From contig JBAXDX010000002.1 in assembly GCA_037140715.1 (NCBI GenBank), forward strand, positions 1 to 60,953: a DNA stretch of 60,953 nucleotides, written 5' to 3'. The stretch comes from Ignavibacteria bacterium (GTDB taxonomy: Bacteria; Bacteroidota; Ignavibacteria; Ignavibacteriales; SURF-24). The notes beneath the pieces were generated by a model. That model had not been told where the DNA came from and did not search any database. It was given only the letters and a program-made list of their open reading frames with translations. A program made the position numbers and the translations under genes. Shown here piece after piece: positions 58,671-60,953 of this stretch. How positions within the stretch are numbered: position 1 is the first letter of the stretch; every line of letters begins with the position of its first letter.

Positions 58671-60098
58671 CTATTCCGGTTTCATCTTCTTATATATTGT
58701 TTTTTCTTTCTGATCCTGCAAAACCACGCCGAGCTTCTTTAATTCATCACGTATCTCGTCTGAAAGAGGATAATTTTTCTGTTGTTTTGCTTTGATTCTT
58801 ATGGAAATCAGCAGTTCGATTAGTTCATGCTCAAGCGGCAGACTATTTTCCGCGTCTGTTTTCGTTGTTTCCATATTTACTATACCGAGTACATCCTGTG
58901 CAGTTTTAGCCATGAATTCTTTAGCCTTCTCAAAAAAGTTCAGACCTGGGGATAAGTTCTCGGTAACATACTTATTTACTTCCCTTACAAAGTCAAAAAT
59001 AACCGCACATGCCTGCGGAGTATTAAAATCATCATCCATAGCTTTCCCGAAGGCTTCGTAGAAACTGACAAAGTTAAACCCTGTTAACGTTGCCTGAATT
59101 TCGCCGGCTGACTTTAATCCGCTGTTAATCTTTTCAGCCAGGTTAGTTATTTTTTCCAGTCCTTTCTGAGCACTGCTTAACATTTCCCCGGTAAAATTAA
59201 GCGGACCGGCATAATGCGTCTGAATAAAAAACATTCTGACCGTTTCGGCGGAATATTTATCAAGTATTTCCCTTGCTGTAAGGAAATTTCCAAGTGACTT
59301 CGCCATTTTTTCGTTCTGAATATTAAGAAAGCCGAAATGCAGCCAGTAATTAACAAACTTACGACCCGTTGAGGCCTCGCTCTGAGCTATTTCATTTTCA
59401 TGATGAGGAAAGATAAGGTCGCTTCCGCCGGCGTGGATATCGATTGTTTCTCCAAAATGCTTCATACTCATTGCAGAGCACTCGATATGCCAGCCCGGGC
59501 GGCCTTTTCCCCAGGGACTTTCCCAGTACGGTTCCCCTTCTTTGGCTTTCTTCCAGAGTAAAAAATCAAGCGGGTTTTTCTTTTCATCGTTAATCTCAAC
59601 GCGCGCGCCGGACTCAAGTTCGTCAATTTTCTTTCCGCTAAGCCTTCCGTAACCGGTAAAGCGGTTAACATCATAAAACACGCTGCCGTTAACACTATAT
59701 GCAAATCCTTTTTCCTCCAGCGTTTTTATTAACTCAATAATATCACTTATATGTTCGGTAGCTTTTGGATAGAAGTCAGCTTTTTTAATATTAAGTCTGC
59801 CCGAATCCTCTAAAAATGCTTTTATATATTTCTCGGAAATTGCGCCCGCGTCCTGATGTTCATTGTTCGATTTACGGATAATCTTATCATCGATGTCTGT
59901 AAGATTCATCGCGAACAATACATTATAACCTTTGTACTCAAGATAACGTCTGATAATATCCGCCATTGTAAATGAACGGGCATTGCCGATATGAAACAAG
60001 TCATAAACGGTCGGACCGCATACATACATAGTTACATTTGGCGGATTTATTGGCAGGAATTCTTCTTTCTTTTTCGTTAATGTGTTATAAATCTGCAT
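58671..60098 (-). CDS. cysS: Cysteine--tRNA ligase
   Basis: MYVCGPTVYDLFHIGNAR (HIGH), GWHIECS, FPHHENE, KMAKSLGN (KMSKS). Confidence 0.94.
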   Translation of the reverse strand: MQIYNTLTKKKEEFLPINPPNVTMYVCGPTVYDLFHIGNARSFTMADIIRRYLEYKGYNVLFAMNLTDIDDKIIRKSNNEHQDAGAISEKYIKAFLEDSGRLNIKKADFYPKATEHISDIIELIKTLEEKGFAYSVNGSVFYDVNRFTGYGRLSGKKIDELESGARVEINDEKKNPLDFLLWKKAKEGEPYWESPWGKGRPGWHIECSAMSMKHFGETIDIHAGGSDLIFPHHENEIAQSEASTGRKFVNYWLHFGFLNIQNEKMAKSLGNFLTAREILDKYSAETVRMFFIQTHYAGPLNFTGEMLSSAQKGLEKITNLAEKINSGLKSAGEIQATLTGFNFVSFYEAFGKAMDDDFNTPQACAVIFDFVREVNKYVTENLSPGLNFFEKAKEFMAKTAQDVLGIVNMETTKTDAENSLPLEHELIELLISIRIKAKQQKNYPLSDEIRDELKKLGVVLQDQKEKTIYKKMKPE

Positions 60099-60210
60099 AA
60101 GTCATCCCATATATCTTTAACTGAGGTTTTTCTATTACTGCAAAATTAATAATTATTCAGGAAAAATTGTGGAAATTCTTTTCGGAGGCAGCTCTTCTTC
60201 GCACCAATAA

Positions 60211-60252
60211 CCAATGCTGTCAGGTTAACAATCATATTGCGCTCTTACAGGA
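60211..60252 (+). repeat. Family-C 42-nt direct repeat, copy 1 (ccaatgctgtcaggttaaca..catattgcgcYcttRcagg)
   Basis: Matches 60899-60939 with a 1-nt indel and a few substitutions. A third partial copy (aaatgctgtcagg) lies at 60807-60819. Confidence 0.7.
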
Positions 60253-60349
60253 CAATTGTTTAATGCCGGTTTCGTGGCGGTTATGTACCGGTTTAAAAGC
60301 TGAAGAGTAATGAGCAGGTAAAATAATGACAAAAAACAGCATGTCATAT

Positions 60350-60630
60350 TACACAATGAATTATTGTGTCTCACAATAAGAAATGATGCCTTGCAACGGA
60401 TTATAATTTTGTGCAATGGAAAATGACGGCGCGCAATGAATTATAATTCTATGAAATGAGAAATAACGGGAAGAAATGGATTATGAATTTCGTGCAATGG
60501 AAAATAATTCTCTGCAATGAGAAATGACGGCGTGCAATGGAAAATGACGGCGTGCAATGGATTATAATTCTCTGCAATGAGAAATGACGGCGTGCAATGG
60601 ATTATGACGGCGTGCAATGGAAAATGACAG
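60350..60630 (+). repeat. Family-B array: 14 consecutive 20-nt units (NNTGCAATGGAWWATRAYKG)
   Basis: Units are in register from 60350 (one unit is 21 nt). The last seven (60491-60630) are near-identical and organised as a 60-nt higher-order repeat. There are no spacers. Confidence 0.9.
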
Positions 60631-60682
60631 CACCGGGACAACAGGCATACTGACGTTTAGATTATATTGTCCGGACTGTGTT

Positions 60683-60775
60683 CTTGTGATTATGATGATT
60701 TTTATGAGTTGGCATTTTCTTCCGGGAAATCATTTTAATCACAGGAATCATAGTTCTGAATCACGGATTACACGG
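60683..60775 (+). repeat. Degenerate family-A-like element
   Basis: cttgtgattatgatgattttt.. ..aatcattttaatcacaggaatcatagttctgaatcacgg shares gaatcatagttctga with 10547-10561 and 27297-27311. Confidence 0.5.
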
Positions 60776-60898
60776 ATAAGGGCAAAGGAATATGAGTGAA
60801 TCAGATAAATGCTGTCAGGCGAGCCTGTCAGAACAAAAAGCTGATTTGACAAATTCGTGGCGTGCTTAAAGAAAAACTGTCAGTCCAGGGCATTCCCC

Positions 60899-60939
60899 CA
60901 ATGCTGTCAGGTTAACACCATATTGCGCCCTTGCAGGGC
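60899..60939 (+). repeat. Family-C direct repeat, copy 2 (at the window edge)
   Basis: See 60211-60252. Confidence 0.7.
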
Positions 60940-60953
60940 TTATGGATTTTTAT

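Noticed and set aside
60350-60630. Possible CRISPR array (regular short repeats)
   Set aside because: The 20-nt units are directly contiguous with no unique spacers. The units are degenerate variants of each other, and no cas genes or leader are visible.
60225-60799. ORFs 60225..60416, 60441..60641 and 60617..60799
   Set aside because: They are artefacts of the GCAATG repeat array and its flanks. The translations are repeat-driven (PLHAVI.HCTPSFLIAENY repeated).

Overview
This is an AT-rich bacterial chromosomal segment with about 50 protein genes and no rRNA, tRNA or CRISPR array that I can recognise. Most of it is housekeeping. It includes miaB, pta, malQ, B12-dependent class II ribonucleotide reductase nrdJ, purD, guaB, recX and cysS. 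It also carries a yggS-divIVA-punA-ileS-dksA/traR-lspA-rluD block whose order matches the Bacillus ylmE-divIVA-ileS-ylyA-lspA-ylyB region. A seven-gene chemotaxis operon runs HEAT-repeat protein, cheR, response regulator, cheY, cheZ-like, cheA, cheB, with no cheW or MCP gene. Envelope functions include GT2 and GT4-like glycosyltransferases, two PAP2 phosphatases, an LptE-like lipoprotein and a SPOR protein. An orphan hydF overlaps an aspartase-family gene by 8 nt. Gene content (FISUMP/PEGA proteins, a Bacteroidota-type TraR/DksA gene between ileS and lspA) suggests an FCB-group, Ignavibacteria- or Bacteroidota-like organism, but that is inference only.

The clearest accessory stretch is 25.8-31.3 kb. 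It holds a decayed IS1-family transposase, a 19-unit in-frame 21-nt satellite and two tandem PEGA-FISUMP paralogues that share a 264-nt perfectly identical block.

The candidates I consider most worth follow-up are:
- A tight three-gene operon (54.8-58.1 kb) encoding two Gly/Tyr-rich, Arg/Ser/Asn-tailed low-complexity lipoproteins and a FadL/PorV-like outer-membrane barrel, preceded by a sigma-54-like promoter.
- A superfamily of 20/21/42-nt phased intergenic repeats built on GCAATG and AATCAT words. It forms a 14-unit array at 60.35-60.63 kb and recurs at 10.3, 22.1 and 27.2 kb.
- A 33-nt promoter-plus-palindrome module shared by the recX promoter and the malQ/nrdJ intergenic region.
- An uncharacterised 595-aa protein that looks like an NMO/FabK-type TIM barrel with a Cys-rich tail.

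All functional calls come from motif recognition by eye. No database search was run.
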